Program-made: the position numbers and the translations under genes
In this document: positions 1 through 10,501 of the stretch, piece by piece
How the letters are laid out: each line of letters starts with the position of its first letter
How positions within the stretch are numbered: the first letter of the stretch is position 1
The notes under the pieces: generated by a model
Databases searched by the model: none
What the model was told of the DNA's origin: nothing
What the model saw: the letters and a program-made list of their open reading frames with translations, nothing else
Virus record (IMG/VR): IMGVR_UViG_3300048580_000526
Location: 25,964 to 89,963 of that record
Source of the DNA: a virus
Reading direction: 5' to 3' (one strand)
Length of the DNA: 64,000 nt

Positions 1-545
1 ATTAACGCTAATCTATTAGATATTCTTCCTTTTTCCCCTACGAAACTACCATTTTCCAACCCATTTTCCCAATGACTTCTTCCACCTTCTTTTAAAATTA
101 TGTTGGTATATTTTGGGACTGTTGTAATGGTTATTACACCATTTTCATCTTCTTGTTCAATATCTGTATTGGTAATGTCCATACTATCTATAAAATAATG
201 TTTGAATGCTGCGAAATTTGTTTTAACTTTTGTGTCTTTATTTATTTTGGTTTCTGCTTTCGCTTCCCTTATTGGGCATACAGGGATATGTTCGTTTGTA
301 ATTCTTCTTATAACTATATCCAATGCTGAGACAGGTTCGTTTTTATTTTCCAAGCGTCGTTTTCTTGTAGCCAACGCCTTTTCAATTATTTCACTCGTTA
401 TATCATCTGTTGTTTCAACGATGACATCATAATCTTCATATTTTTTATCAATAAAATAGCAAAATGTTTTTTTGCTTTCGTTAATTTCTTTTAATATTTC
501 CTTATTAGAAAGATAATTTATTTTTTTAGGTGGTATATATGTCAT
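1..545 (-). CDS. gp55-like late-transcription sigma factor (3' end runs off the window)
   Basis: Not in the ORF track. Manual translation from ATG 545 gives MTYIPPKKINYLSNKEILKEINESK...GRSHWENGLENGSF..GRISNRLAL. The NYLxNK-ILKEI-SK start and SHW.NG motifs match jumbo-phage gp55 homologs as I recall them. Confidence 0.75.
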   Translation of the reverse strand, partial: MTYIPPKKINYLSNKEILKEINESKKTFCYFIDKKYEDYDVIVETTDDITSEIIEKALATRKRRLENKNEPVSALDIVIRRITNEHIPVCPIREAKAETKINKDTKVKTNFAAFKHYFIDSMDITNTDIEQEDENGVITITTVPKYTNIILKEGGRSHWENGLENGSFVGEKGRISNRLAL

Positions 546-623
546 AACTGTATTCTCCAAAAAACATTAAATAGTGTAATAAGTTAGTATATTTATAACT
601 ACTAATGATTGTCAATATATTTA

Positions 624-655
624 ATTAACTCTATAGTTAATAGAATGGATAAATA
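624..655 (+). promoter_or_regulatory. late promoter (GATAAATA) with upstream palindrome
   Basis: ATTAACT-CTAT-AGTTAAT 624-641, 6 nt, GATAAATA 648-655; T4 late consensus is TATAAATA. Confidence 0.7.
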
Positions 656-677
656 AAAGTAAAGTGAGGAAAAGAAA

Positions 678-1355
678 ATGAGATTGAGTGATTTAGAGCC
701 AGAAGTACAAGAACCAATACAAGGTGTTGATGATGTTGTTGTTGTTTATGGTGGACGTTTTCAACCACCCCATAAAGGACATTATGCTGTTTATAAATAC
801 TTGGCTGGATTATTTGGTGCTGATAAAACCTTTATAGGCACGAGTAACAGTTGTGATTTTGAAAACAAAGGGCAGTTATTTAAAGCTGGTAAAAATAAAG
901 GATTACCAAAACCAGTTAAAAGTCCATTCACATTTGATGAAAAGTTTAAAATTTGGACAACGATGTTTCCAGTGCCAAAGGATAAAGTGGTTCAGTGTGT
1001 CAACCCTACGTTTACACCAAAAGAAATCCTTGATGGATACTCTGGTAACGAAGCATTGGTTATGGCTGTTGGGGAAAAAGATTATGAGGAACGTTATAAG
1101 GACAGTGACCATTGGTTATTGTACCCGGATAATAAAAAATTTGGTGTGGTGAAGGGTGAATTATATCCAATGTCATTTAAAGGGTATTGTATTATAGTCC
1201 CAATGCAAGAGGATGGAATAAGCGCCAGTGTTGTTAGAAAGACACTTGGTAGTAACGCCCCACTTGATAAGAAGCAAGAAGCATTTGTAAAACTTTATGG
1301 TAAGTTTGATGAAGAAATTTTTAATTTAATAGTTGGAAAGGTTGAGGGGATATAA
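678..1355 (+). CDS. cytidylyltransferase-like (HIGH-class) nucleotidyltransferase
   Basis: VVVYGGRFQPPHKGH (HxGH), SPFTFDEK and ISASVVR motifs; family common in T4-like phages. Confidence 0.8.
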   Translation: MRLSDLEPEVQEPIQGVDDVVVVYGGRFQPPHKGHYAVYKYLAGLFGADKTFIGTSNSCDFENKGQLFKAGKNKGLPKPVKSPFTFDEKFKIWTTMFPVPKDKVVQCVNPTFTPKEILDGYSGNEALVMAVGEKDYEERYKDSDHWLLYPDNKKFGVVKGELYPMSFKGYCIIVPMQEDGISASVVRKTLGSNAPLDKKQEAFVKLYGKFDEEIFNLIVGKVEGI

Positions 1356-2293
1356 TGGTTGCAGTACCAATATCAGTATTACAGGCTAAAAAATCACAAG
1401 AGCAGGTTGCTGCTGCTGGTAATGCTGTGGTTGCTGCAACCAACAAAACACCAGTCCCAACACAACAAGATGCATTAGCTTCATTAAGGAGCCAAGGTTT
1501 TCAAACTGCAGAAGAACGAACAGCTGCAGAAGCCAAGCAAGCAAAAGAATTAGAAGATAAAACAGCGGCTGAAAAGGCTGCAGCTGAAAAAGCCAAACAA
1601 GAGGCTACAGTAAAAACCAGTCCAGATATGAGTCCTTTTAGTGATTGGCGTGTTAGGATTCGCCCTATGCGTGGTACTGATATTTTTGGTGATGGATTTT
1701 TAAAAGAAACATTTAGTGTCACAGATAATTCTGTGATATTTCCCTATACACCTGGGTCATTTCCATTATCAGTGTCGGCTGATTATTCACAACAAGCCAT
1801 GGCTGCTGTTAACCAAGATTTTTATGCTTATCAGAGAACACAAATGCCAACAATCACAGCATCGAGTATGTTTTCATCCCAAACTGTCAATCAGGCAAAA
1901 TATGCATTAGCTGTGATTCATTTTTTTAGAAGTATTACAAAGATGCGTTATGGTGAAAAAGATAAAAATGCAGGTGAACCACCACCAAGGGTTTTTCTTG
2001 ATGCATTTGGACAATATAATATTAGAAGTTTACCTGTTTACATAACAGGCTTTAGTTATGATTTACCTGATAGCGTTAACTACACCAAAGTTGATATTCA
2101 AGTTGGTGGTGTGACTAAAAGTTCTTGGATACCTGTTACCTTTACCATATCGGCAACATTGGTACCTCAAATTCATCAAAGCTTGTGGAATATACCTGGT
2201 GGAAAATCTGAAACAAGTTCACCAGGTGAACAAATGTTTAATTGGGATAAATTCGCCAGTGGTGAATTATTAAGGAACGGAGGTTGGATTTAA
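1355..2293 (+). CDS. baseplate / tail-tube initiator-like protein, paralog A
   Basis: FPYTP...IHFFRSITKMRYG...GEPPPRVFLDAFG motif; lies before the gp53-like gene. Confidence 0.6.
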   Translation: MVAVPISVLQAKKSQEQVAAAGNAVVAATNKTPVPTQQDALASLRSQGFQTAEERTAAEAKQAKELEDKTAAEKAAAEKAKQEATVKTSPDMSPFSDWRVRIRPMRGTDIFGDGFLKETFSVTDNSVIFPYTPGSFPLSVSADYSQQAMAAVNQDFYAYQRTQMPTITASSMFSSQTVNQAKYALAVIHFFRSITKMRYGEKDKNAGEPPPRVFLDAFGQYNIRSLPVYITGFSYDLPDSVNYTKVDIQVGGVTKSSWIPVTFTISATLVPQIHQSLWNIPGGKSETSSPGEQMFNWDKFASGELLRNGGWI

Positions 2294-3201
2294 TGGCTAC
2301 ACCTGAAGAATTAAAAGCCAGACAAGACTTGATAGATAGTAATTCACCTGAAGCTGCTGCATCGTTTCAGCAATCATTGAAACAAAAAGTAACCAATGAT
2401 GGTATTATAGCTAATGCGATTGCTAATGATAAATCACAGGCAGTATCAACAAGAGTTCAGGCTGAAGCTAAAGCAGTAGCTGATAAAATGAATTCTGGTA
2501 ATGAAAAAAAAGTATCGCCAGAACCAGTCAAAACAGAATTGCCAGCAGAACAACCAGACCAACGTGCAAGATTGCGTCCATATGCTGGCACAAGTTCAAA
2601 AGTTTATGTTGGTATAATGAAAGTGTTGGAAACAACAAATGGGATGTTGTTTCCCTATACACCATCAATAACTCATACCCCTGCTACAGAATATTCAAAA
2701 TATTCTCTTATTCATGCCAATACTGAATATCAAGCATTTAGTAAAAACACTGCTCAAAATTTATCGGTGAAGGGGACATTTACATCACAAACCCCAGACC
2801 AAGCAAGATATACTTTAGCTTGTATTCATTTTTTGAAGACAATAACCAAGATGCGATTTGGTTCTACCGATGAAAAGCGTGGGATGCCACCACCACTATT
2901 GTTGTTTGATGCTTATGGATTTTTTATGTTTAATCAATTGCCTGTTATATTGAAAAAATTTGACGTTAATTTTGAAGGGGGTGTTGATTATGTCCCTGTT
3001 GATGCATCAGGTGGTTCTATTAGTGATTTGAATTCAGATTCATTGACATGGGTACCGAGTAAATTGGATATTTCCATTGAGATGGTAGTTCAACAACAGC
3101 CAAGAGCTTGGCGTAAAGATTTTGATTTTGATGGATTTAGAAGTGGTAAATTAATGTTGAAAAATGATGGGGTTACAAAACGTTCAGGAGGATGGTTATG
3201 A
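2293..3201 (+). CDS. baseplate / tail-tube initiator-like protein, paralog B
   Basis: FPYTP...IHFLKTITKMRFG...GMPPPLLLFDAYG, aligns with the preceding gene; ATG 2293 overlaps the upstream stop. Confidence 0.6.
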   Translation: MATPEELKARQDLIDSNSPEAAASFQQSLKQKVTNDGIIANAIANDKSQAVSTRVQAEAKAVADKMNSGNEKKVSPEPVKTELPAEQPDQRARLRPYAGTSSKVYVGIMKVLETTNGMLFPYTPSITHTPATEYSKYSLIHANTEYQAFSKNTAQNLSVKGTFTSQTPDQARYTLACIHFLKTITKMRFGSTDEKRGMPPPLLLFDAYGFFMFNQLPVILKKFDVNFEGGVDYVPVDASGGSISDLNSDSLTWVPSKLDISIEMVVQQQPRAWRKDFDFDGFRSGKLMLKNDGVTKRSGGWL

Positions 3202-3497
3202 CAGTTTCTTATAATAAATCGAGTCCATACTATGGGACTTATCAAACATCTTGGTATTTAGATTTTTGGCAACAACGACCAATTCCACCGAGTTCAAAAG
3301 ATTTATTTATTGAGGTTGAACCTAAACATCACCAGCGCCCAGATTTATTGTCATTTGAATTATATGACACATCTGAATATTGGTGGGTATTTATGGTTAG
3401 AAATCGGGATTTGATAGAAGACCCTATATATGACTTGGTTGCTGGTATGAAAATATGGGTACCATCGAAGAATTATTTAAAGACCATTATGGGATAA
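3198..3497 (+). CDS. baseplate wedge protein, T4 gp53-like (LysM-type)
   Basis: RPDLLSFELY...YWWVF..RN...DPIYD..G..IWVP signature; GGAGG RBS favours ATG 3198. Confidence 0.8.
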   Translation: MTVSYNKSSPYYGTYQTSWYLDFWQQRPIPPSSKDLFIEVEPKHHQRPDLLSFELYDTSEYWWVFMVRNRDLIEDPIYDLVAGMKIWVPSKNYLKTIMG

Positions 3498-3553
3498 AAA
3501 TTAACCGAATGAATTATTTGATTATAAATAAACAATAAAAGGGAAGTATAAGT

Positions 3554-6500
3554 ATGACTGGAATGAATGATGCAGTAGAGAAAGCACAAAAGGCAAACGC
3601 TGATAGAACAGCTCAGTTGGCTAATAGAACTGACGCTGAAAAAGCTGCTGTTAAATTAGATTCACAAAAACCATCTGAAACTGTTGTAAGTATGGGTGGA
3701 ATGGCTGGTGCCCAAAAAGCAGCATTAGATAATAGAACCCCTGCTATGATGGCAAGGGATACTGCATTAGCAAATGCTAACACACCAGAAGCTAAAAAAA
3801 GAGCAGCAGCAGAAGCTAAAAAAAGAGCAGCAGCTGCAGAAATAACAGCACAATCTATTAGTGGGTTGAAAAAACCTGATACAGATCCAAGAAATGGTCT
3901 TGCCACATTATTAGATGGTATTTTCCCAAATGAATTGATCTATAATTATACAGAACCAACATACCATTTAACTTGGTCAATGATACCAGAAAAGTTAGCT
4001 ATATATGATAATAATATTACATCTAATACAGATTGGGATGAAGTAAGAGGAATTTTGGAGGAACAAAGGGGTGAATTTGAGTATGTCAGTCCAACCCCAG
4101 ATAAAGATGGAAAACCAAAACAAGGTAGATTTTTTGATGAAAGAATTATTATAGCAGAATCAGCAGTTACTGCTGATTTGAATATTCAATCATTTACTAT
4201 TGAGACAAATTTGGCTGTAAATTCAGATGCGAGAAAAACCATCCCTACAGAATTTACCATGGAATTATTTGAGCCATATGGTTGTACGATGTTTGATACA
4301 CTTTATCAAACAGCTATAATTTTAGGGTTTGAGGATTGGAAAAAAGGAACCCATCATGTTTTAGAAATTGAATTTTTTGGGAGAAATAAAAATACTGGTG
4401 TGTATGAACGATGTACATTTCCTCTTGGTGGAAAATCAAGATGGCTTTGGAGATTTTGCATAACAGGTATAAATGCCAAAGTAGATGAAGGTGGAACACA
4501 TTATACATTGAAAGGTTGTCCTATAGGTGATATGTCACAAAATAAGCAGGTATTTCAAATTCCAAAAACTATGGATTTTCCAAAAGGACAAAAAGTTTGG
4601 GATTTTTTTAACGGACATTTAAAAAAACAATTGGATACTTTTTATGAAAAAGCAAGAAATGAAAAAGTTCCAATACCAAGACATACTTTTAGTTTTATTT
4701 TTGAAAATTCTACTGCAAGTAAAGAAGCATTGACGTTGATGACTTCTCTTGGTATAAACCCTGATTTTAAAAATTGGACAATTGTTGATGACAAATCAAC
4801 ATCAAATAGAGCTGCATCGCAGCAAGGACGAGAAAAGATTGGTAAGTGGTCTGAAGGAACCACATTTGAACAAATTTTGCAAGATGTTCAGTGTGCTACA
4901 AAGGAAATGCAAATAGTTATTACAGGAAAAAAGACTCCACAAAGCGAGCCAATAGTTGATAGGAAACATATTTTAAAAGTTGATTTTAGAATAGTATCAG
5001 ATATTATACCAAAGCAATATGATGCTATATTGAGAGAATATGAGTATCATTATGTACATAGAATTGTTCCGTTTGTGACTACTATGCATATTGTTGATGA
5101 GAAAAAACCAAAAGACAGAGATTTAAAGGATAAGAAAACAGCAGAACATCAAGACGACCGTTATAAAAATATTGGTAAAAATAAAATGGTTTGTAAAAAA
5201 TATTCACATATTTATACAGGTGAAAACCAAGACCTTTTGAGTTTTAATATTGAATTGAATTTGATGACTTTTTCTCAGTTACCGAAAATGACTGCTACTT
5301 ATAATACACAAGATGCCGGTGTTATCAAAAATGCAGCATTTCAGGATGCAATTGCAAAAGTAAAAGCTGCTGGAGAGACACAACATAAAACAGATGCAGA
5401 AATACAAAAAATGGTTGATAATGAAGCAAAAAAAGGTATCTCTAATTATTATGGTGACGAATATGTTAGAAATTCTTTGGCAGGGAAGATATCTTCTAAT
5501 ATAAAGATTACTGATAGTGATGGAAAAGATGCCAACGTTAATACTACAGAGCTTGGGCAAAAAATGATTAATGCATTGAAAAATGATGTTGCGGGGCAAT
5601 CTGTTCTTATGTCGTTGGATGGGGCAATAGAAAGTAATAATAATATGCAACGCCTTATAGCGTTAGAACAAGGATTGCGTACTGCTGCGTTGAAAGGTGG
5701 TTCTGATAAAACTAACTTTCAAAAAGCTGCAGATAGTGTTAGGGCACAAATTAATCAAATTAGTGCAAAACAAATAGCTGAAAATGCTACAAATGCAAGA
5801 AAAGCTGCTGGGATGGTAGTTGGTGGACGCAATTACGCTATTGAATTAAAATATAAAAATTCTGATGTTGGTAAGGCAATGAAAGAAGCATTAGAAAAAA
5901 TGCAGCATATAGATATAATTCAAATACCAACATTGGCTGATATGGAAACTGCTGCTGCTGCAATGGAAGGAAATGATAAAACACCTGATATGCAAAAATT
6001 GACAATGGCAATGCTGAACCAAACGCATAATACTTCACAAATGATTGAAGCAAAAATTGAAATTGTTGGAGACCCGTATTGGTTGGGACAAGATAATATA
6101 GAAGACATTAAAAAATTAATGGAAAAAATGGAGGAAAGGGCTAATAAACAGCCAAATCCTATAGCAGCATCTGTCATGTTTTTGTTGGAATTAAAATTTC
6201 CAGAAGCATATAATGAAGAAACAGGGACGATGGAATTTAGTAGTGAGAATTTGTTCAAGGGTCTTTATAATGTCATAAAAGCAACCCATAAATTTTCTGA
6301 TGGTAAATTCACACAAGAGCTTACAGCATATAGAGAATTATTAACTAATATGTTAACACAATCGGTAGACCCAACAGAAGCAAAACCAAATCAAAAACCT
6401 GCAGAAGGAGTTGGGAAAGATGGTAATAAATCAACAACAAATCCACCACCAAAACCTTCTAAACCAACTAAAGAAGATAGCCCAGAAAGAATAGCTCAAC

Positions 6501-7003
6501 GTAAAAAATATGTTGAATATATGATGACGAAAAAAGGTCCAAATGGGGAATATTGGACAGAAGAACAAGCAAAAGGTATTGTTGCTAATCTTGAAAAAGA
6601 AAGTAGATTAAACCCAACAGCAGTGGAAGAGGGAAAATTGTCAGATAAAAGAATGGCTGCAGGTGGCGAGAGAGGTGAGGGGCTTGCACAATGGACTTCA
6701 AGGGGGCAGAAAGATGCTTTGGCACAACATGCAGGTTATCCACCGGGGACACCAATTGGGCAAATACCAGAAGAAAAACAATTGGATTATTTAAATTATC
6801 AATTGACTACTGGAAACCCTAAAGCTGGTGGATATGGTGAATTGGCAGCTGGTAAAGCTATGCAAAAGGAAACAACTATAGCTGGGGCAACTTCTACCTT
6901 CACTACTAAATTTGAACGTCCTGCTAATGCTAATGGTGAAGCTGCAGCGAGAGCACAAATGGCTGAAGCTAAATATGGTACATTGAATGTTACAAAAGTA
7001 TGA
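3554..7003 (+). CDS. baseplate hub protein with C-terminal phage tail lysozyme (Phage_lysozyme2-like)
   Basis: Hub motifs IVGDPYWL and GLYNVIKATHKFSDGKFTQEL; C-terminus QAKGIVANLEKES.LNP...GLAQWT...FERPA. Confidence 0.7.
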   Translation: MTGMNDAVEKAQKANADRTAQLANRTDAEKAAVKLDSQKPSETVVSMGGMAGAQKAALDNRTPAMMARDTALANANTPEAKKRAAAEAKKRAAAAEITAQSISGLKKPDTDPRNGLATLLDGIFPNELIYNYTEPTYHLTWSMIPEKLAIYDNNITSNTDWDEVRGILEEQRGEFEYVSPTPDKDGKPKQGRFFDERIIIAESAVTADLNIQSFTIETNLAVNSDARKTIPTEFTMELFEPYGCTMFDTLYQTAIILGFEDWKKGTHHVLEIEFFGRNKNTGVYERCTFPLGGKSRWLWRFCITGINAKVDEGGTHYTLKGCPIGDMSQNKQVFQIPKTMDFPKGQKVWDFFNGHLKKQLDTFYEKARNEKVPIPRHTFSFIFENSTASKEALTLMTSLGINPDFKNWTIVDDKSTSNRAASQQGREKIGKWSEGTTFEQILQDVQCATKEMQIVITGKKTPQSEPIVDRKHILKVDFRIVSDIIPKQYDAILREYEYHYVHRIVPFVTTMHIVDEKKPKDRDLKDKKTAEHQDDRYKNIGKNKMVCKKYSHIYTGENQDLLSFNIELNLMTFSQLPKMTATYNTQDAGVIKNAAFQDAIAKVKAAGETQHKTDAEIQKMVDNEAKKGISNYYGDEYVRNSLAGKISSNIKITDSDGKDANVNTTELGQKMINALKNDVAGQSVLMSLDGAIESNNNMQRLIALEQGLRTAALKGGSDKTNFQKAADSVRAQINQISAKQIAENATNARKAAGMVVGGRNYAIELKYKNSDVGKAMKEALEKMQHIDIIQIPTLADMETAAAAMEGNDKTPDMQKLTMAMLNQTHNTSQMIEAKIEIVGDPYWLGQDNIEDIKKLMEKMEERANKQPNPIAASVMFLLELKFPEAYNEETGTMEFSSENLFKGLYNVIKATHKFSDGKFTQELTAYRELLTNMLTQSVDPTEAKPNQKPAEGVGKDGNKSTTNPPPKPSKPTKEDSPERIAQRKKYVEYMMTKKGPNGEYWTEEQAKGIVANLEKESRLNPTAVEEGKLSDKRMAAGGERGEGLAQWTSRGQKDALAQHAGYPPGTPIGQIPEEKQLDYLNYQLTTGNPKAGGYGELAAGKAMQKETTIAGATSTFTTKFERPANANGEAAARAQMAEAKYGTLNVTKV

Positions 7004-7019
7004 TAAGGAGAATATATAA

Positions 7020-8216
7020 ATGGTAGTTTTATCAGGGGCACAACCAGCTAATACAGTATCAGCAGCAGCCAATAGAGGACCAGGTGTTGGACAAGTCCAA
7101 TTTAATCATGCCTATATTGGTTTTATTAAAAACAATAATGATGCAACAAGAATGGGAAGAGTTTCTGTTTTTATTCCAGGTTTTGCAGGTGACCCAGCTA
7201 ACCCAAATGATTGGTATATTTGTTCTCTCACTACACCATTCGCAGGTTCAACCCCTTTATCAAACGTAACTGGTGACCATAATTCAACGCAAACATCATA
7301 TGGTATGTGGTTCCCAGCACCTGATATTGATAACCAAGTGGTGGTTATGTTTTTAAATGGTGATCCATCACAAGGTGTGGTAGTTGGAATGTTATATGAT
7401 ACATCAATGAACCATACAGTGCCGGGATTACCAGGAAGTAAAGTTTTTACACAAGATGGTGTTCAAACATATGGCGTCCCAAAAGAATATAGTAAAACAG
7501 ATACTTCTGTTAATTATAATAGCCCAATTAGACCAGAAGCTAAAGGTATAAATGACCAATTAAAGAAACAAGGGCTAAACGAAGATTATGTTCGTGGATT
7601 GAACACATCATCAGCCAGAAGAGAGTCCCCATCTAAAGTTGCAGGATTTTTGACCAAAACAGGATGGCAATTATTTTTTGACGAGCACGACGAAGAAAAC
7701 TTTTTTAGAGTTCGTTCCCCAAAAGGTGCCCAAATAATAATCAATGACAAACATGGGTTTATTAGAATAAATACCCGTGATGGTAATTCTTGGATTGAAA
7801 TGAATTTGGATGGGTCGATGGATATCCATTGCAAGAAATCTATTAACTACCATACTGAAGAAGATTTCAATTTGAGAGCTGCCAGAGATATTAATATAGA
7901 AGCTGGTAGAAACATATCAATTAAAGTCTTGGGTGAGGTGCCGGGTGTAGATAGAGGGTCTGGTAATTTGATGCTTGAAACCAAAAACGATGTTCACGTA
8001 AGGTCACACAGAACGATTTATGTTGAAGCCACAAACGACCTTCATCAAAAATGTGATAACTTTTATTTACGAGCCAAAAGTTCTATAAATAACACTGCAG
8101 GGACAAATTTAGTAAGTTTGGGAAAGACAGTTTACACCACGGCATCTGGAAATATGACCAATGAAGCTGGCGGGACTTATGAAGAAAAAGCTGGATTAAT
8201 TAAAATGAATTGTTAA
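7020..8216 (+). CDS. baseplate central spike, gp5/Vgr-like OB-fold protein
   Basis: DATRMGRVSVFIP, SYGMWFPAPDIDNQVVVMF, then beta-helix-like repeats. Confidence 0.8.
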   Translation: MVVLSGAQPANTVSAAANRGPGVGQVQFNHAYIGFIKNNNDATRMGRVSVFIPGFAGDPANPNDWYICSLTTPFAGSTPLSNVTGDHNSTQTSYGMWFPAPDIDNQVVVMFLNGDPSQGVVVGMLYDTSMNHTVPGLPGSKVFTQDGVQTYGVPKEYSKTDTSVNYNSPIRPEAKGINDQLKKQGLNEDYVRGLNTSSARRESPSKVAGFLTKTGWQLFFDEHDEENFFRVRSPKGAQIIINDKHGFIRINTRDGNSWIEMNLDGSMDIHCKKSINYHTEEDFNLRAARDINIEAGRNISIKVLGEVPGVDRGSGNLMLETKNDVHVRSHRTIYVEATNDLHQKCDNFYLRAKSSINNTAGTNLVSLGKTVYTTASGNMTNEAGGTYEEKAGLIKMNC

Positions 8217-8226
8217 GGAAAATAAA

Positions 8227-10041
8227 ATGATACCACAGTTACCAAAATCGCCAATAACACCATTCGTTTATAACCATACAGATAACGCAAATGTTACCAA
8301 GAGTATAACCAGTATTTTACCTGAAGGCGAGCCTTGGAAACCCCATAAATTGGAAGGACAGGTTTTATATGCAGAAGAAAATCAACAGCCAAAAATGGGT
8401 CCAGAATCACTGTTGAAAGATGCACAAGACCTTCTCAGTAACCCTTTTAATATGTTGCCATTAAAAGACGCAATAGCCAAGCCAGATTATGTTCCACCAA
8501 AAACTGACAAGTGTACAAATTACAAACCACTATTACAACATGAATTGTCAGACAAAGGATTAGCCCATATGATGCAAGGGTCGAGTTATTCCCCTTATGC
8601 AAAAACATCAGAAGCAGACCCAACTAAAAAAACTATTGGTTTTGGATCATTGGAAAATTTCGGAACAGATTGGTTCACACGTTTCCCCCAAGGAGTCACC
8701 AAACAACAAAGTTTAGGATTGGCAAGAGAAGACACTTTCAACGATGTTCAAAATACCAAGCGAATTTTTGGTGCAAATAACCCAACAGTATCACAAGAAC
8801 AGTTTGATGCATTGGTTGGATTGACCCATAACGTTGGTGCTGCCAATTTGACAAAATACACAGACCTTCAATCTTTGGTTGGCAATCAAAAATATGCAGA
8901 AGCTGGTGTGGTTATTAACCAAATCGTTAGTAATACCCCTTCTTTAAAATCCCAATCAAATTCTTTAGCCTTATTATGGAATCAATGCGACTATGGGACT
9001 GCTACAAGCAAGGGATCAGGATTGTTTGATGGATTGGGGCTTGGAAATTCCAATGGCTCCAGTGATGGGCTAATGGGTTTGGGGGGATTAGGTTTGGGAG
9101 GCTTGGGTGCCTTATTGGGTGGGCTTGGTGGTGGAATGGCATTTCCAGCTTATGCCGATGGATTTTTTGATGATGACTTTAGTAACGCAAATCCATTTCA
9201 ACAGCTTCAAATTGCAGGTGTAGCAGCACAAGAAAACCGCCTATTGCGACTATCAGAAATGTACCCGAATAACGTCAACATCGCTACTATCGCTAAATTA
9301 TCACAGGATAACTTCGCAGGGTTCAAGAAGCACGAATTCTTCACCCCACCAGTCGTTGACCCAACATCCTATCAGAACATCTACAGTAACCCTGTTGTGG
9401 CTGAAACCTATAACATTACCACACCTGTGGTTAATCAGAAACATAATATGATTGGGTGTGAAGATTTAGTTCAATATGCTGAAAATTTCCAAAAGACGAT
9501 GCAACTTACTTCAAATTATCGTTTGTCGGATTTTACAATGTCTGGTTCTATAAATGGACAATTGGCTACTACTAAGACAGAAGTTGTTTGTAACCTTCGT
9601 GCATTGGCTATGAATATTTTGGAACCAATGATCACAGCAGGTATATTAAAACAAAATATCGTTATCGTTTCTGCCTTGCGTAACGGGAATGACACCAACC
9701 CACATTATAAAGGGCAAGCCATTGATTTTTATATTAAAAATTATAATATTGCTGCTATTGATGCTGCTATATGGATTGAAGAAAATTTGTCAAATAGCTT
9801 TGATGAGATTTGTATAATGAATTGTGGTAATAATACGTCAACTGTCCACGTAACATATAATCAATTTGCAGAACCACATTTACTCAAAAAACAATGGAAG
9901 CCTACCATTGATCGTAATATTTACCTTGATATTACCCAAGTCAATGGTACTTATGGTGGTGGTTGGAAAACTTATAGGGAAATGAAGAACAACACAACAA
10001 AATCCAAAATCAATGTTGGGTGGTTGGGTGAACTGATTTAA
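8227..10041 (+). CDS. virion-associated lysin: GH24 lysozyme-like domain, Gly-rich linker, peptidase M15 domain
   Basis: TIGFG...SQEQFDALVGLTHNVG (GH24-like); C-terminal SALR...PHYKGQAID...VHVTY (M15 H-D-H zinc ligands). Confidence 0.65.
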   Translation: MIPQLPKSPITPFVYNHTDNANVTKSITSILPEGEPWKPHKLEGQVLYAEENQQPKMGPESLLKDAQDLLSNPFNMLPLKDAIAKPDYVPPKTDKCTNYKPLLQHELSDKGLAHMMQGSSYSPYAKTSEADPTKKTIGFGSLENFGTDWFTRFPQGVTKQQSLGLAREDTFNDVQNTKRIFGANNPTVSQEQFDALVGLTHNVGAANLTKYTDLQSLVGNQKYAEAGVVINQIVSNTPSLKSQSNSLALLWNQCDYGTATSKGSGLFDGLGLGNSNGSSDGLMGLGGLGLGGLGALLGGLGGGMAFPAYADGFFDDDFSNANPFQQLQIAGVAAQENRLLRLSEMYPNNVNIATIAKLSQDNFAGFKKHEFFTPPVVDPTSYQNIYSNPVVAETYNITTPVVNQKHNMIGCEDLVQYAENFQKTMQLTSNYRLSDFTMSGSINGQLATTKTEVVCNLRALAMNILEPMITAGILKQNIVIVSALRNGNDTNPHYKGQAIDFYIKNYNIAAIDAAIWIEENLSNSFDEICIMNCGNNTSTVHVTYNQFAEPHLLKKQWKPTIDRNIYLDITQVNGTYGGGWKTYREMKNNTTKSKINVGWLGELI

Positions 10042-10501
10042 TAAAATCCAATTCAGTGCTAAACAATTCACTATAGATAATTTTGGTGTAAATCCAAGCA
10101 GCCCTATATTTTACATAATGGTTGCTTGTTTCCAATGGACCTTCATTGAACAACACATCCCAAGCCAATTGATTTTTATAAATCCTAAACTTGTGTAAAA
10201 ATTTATCTGTCAGACTCCTAACCATATCCAAATTATGCTTTGAAAACCGCCCAGATTTATCCCCGCCCTTTTTTAGATTGTTCACAATATAATCCCGAAG
10301 GGCATATTTAATTTGGACTGGGGCATTTCCGATAGCATTATTGACAAGGGAACAAGCAGGAACAACATTCATAAATCCAATTTTTTCAAACTGAATATTG
10401 CGGTAACGATGGCATGACAGAAGATGCTCCCTTGTCATTGCAGTTTGGCTTCTGGTATCATCGCAAATCAGCCCTGTATACCAGCAGATATTATTTTTCA
10501 T
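10010..10501 (-). CDS. HNH-like endonuclease, paralog 1
   Basis: CWYTG...TREHLL...NVVPACSLVNN motif. Confidence 0.55.
   Translation of the reverse strand: MKNNICWYTGLICDDTRSQTAMTREHLLSCHRYRNIQFEKIGFMNVVPACSLVNNAIGNAPVQIKYALRDYIVNNLKKGGDKSGRFSKHNLDMVRSLTDKFLHKFRIYKNQLAWDVLFNEGPLETSNHYVKYRAAWIYTKIIYSELFSTELDFIKSVHPTTQH

Noticed and set aside
202-432. + strand 76-aa ORF and the many other short antisense or nested ORFs in the track
   Set aside because: These are shadows of long genes on the opposite strand or frame (here the gp55-like gene), with no RBS or motif support.
3791-3835. Tandem AAEAKKRA repeat in the hub gene
   Set aside because: Short in-frame low-complexity duplication in a flexible N-terminus.
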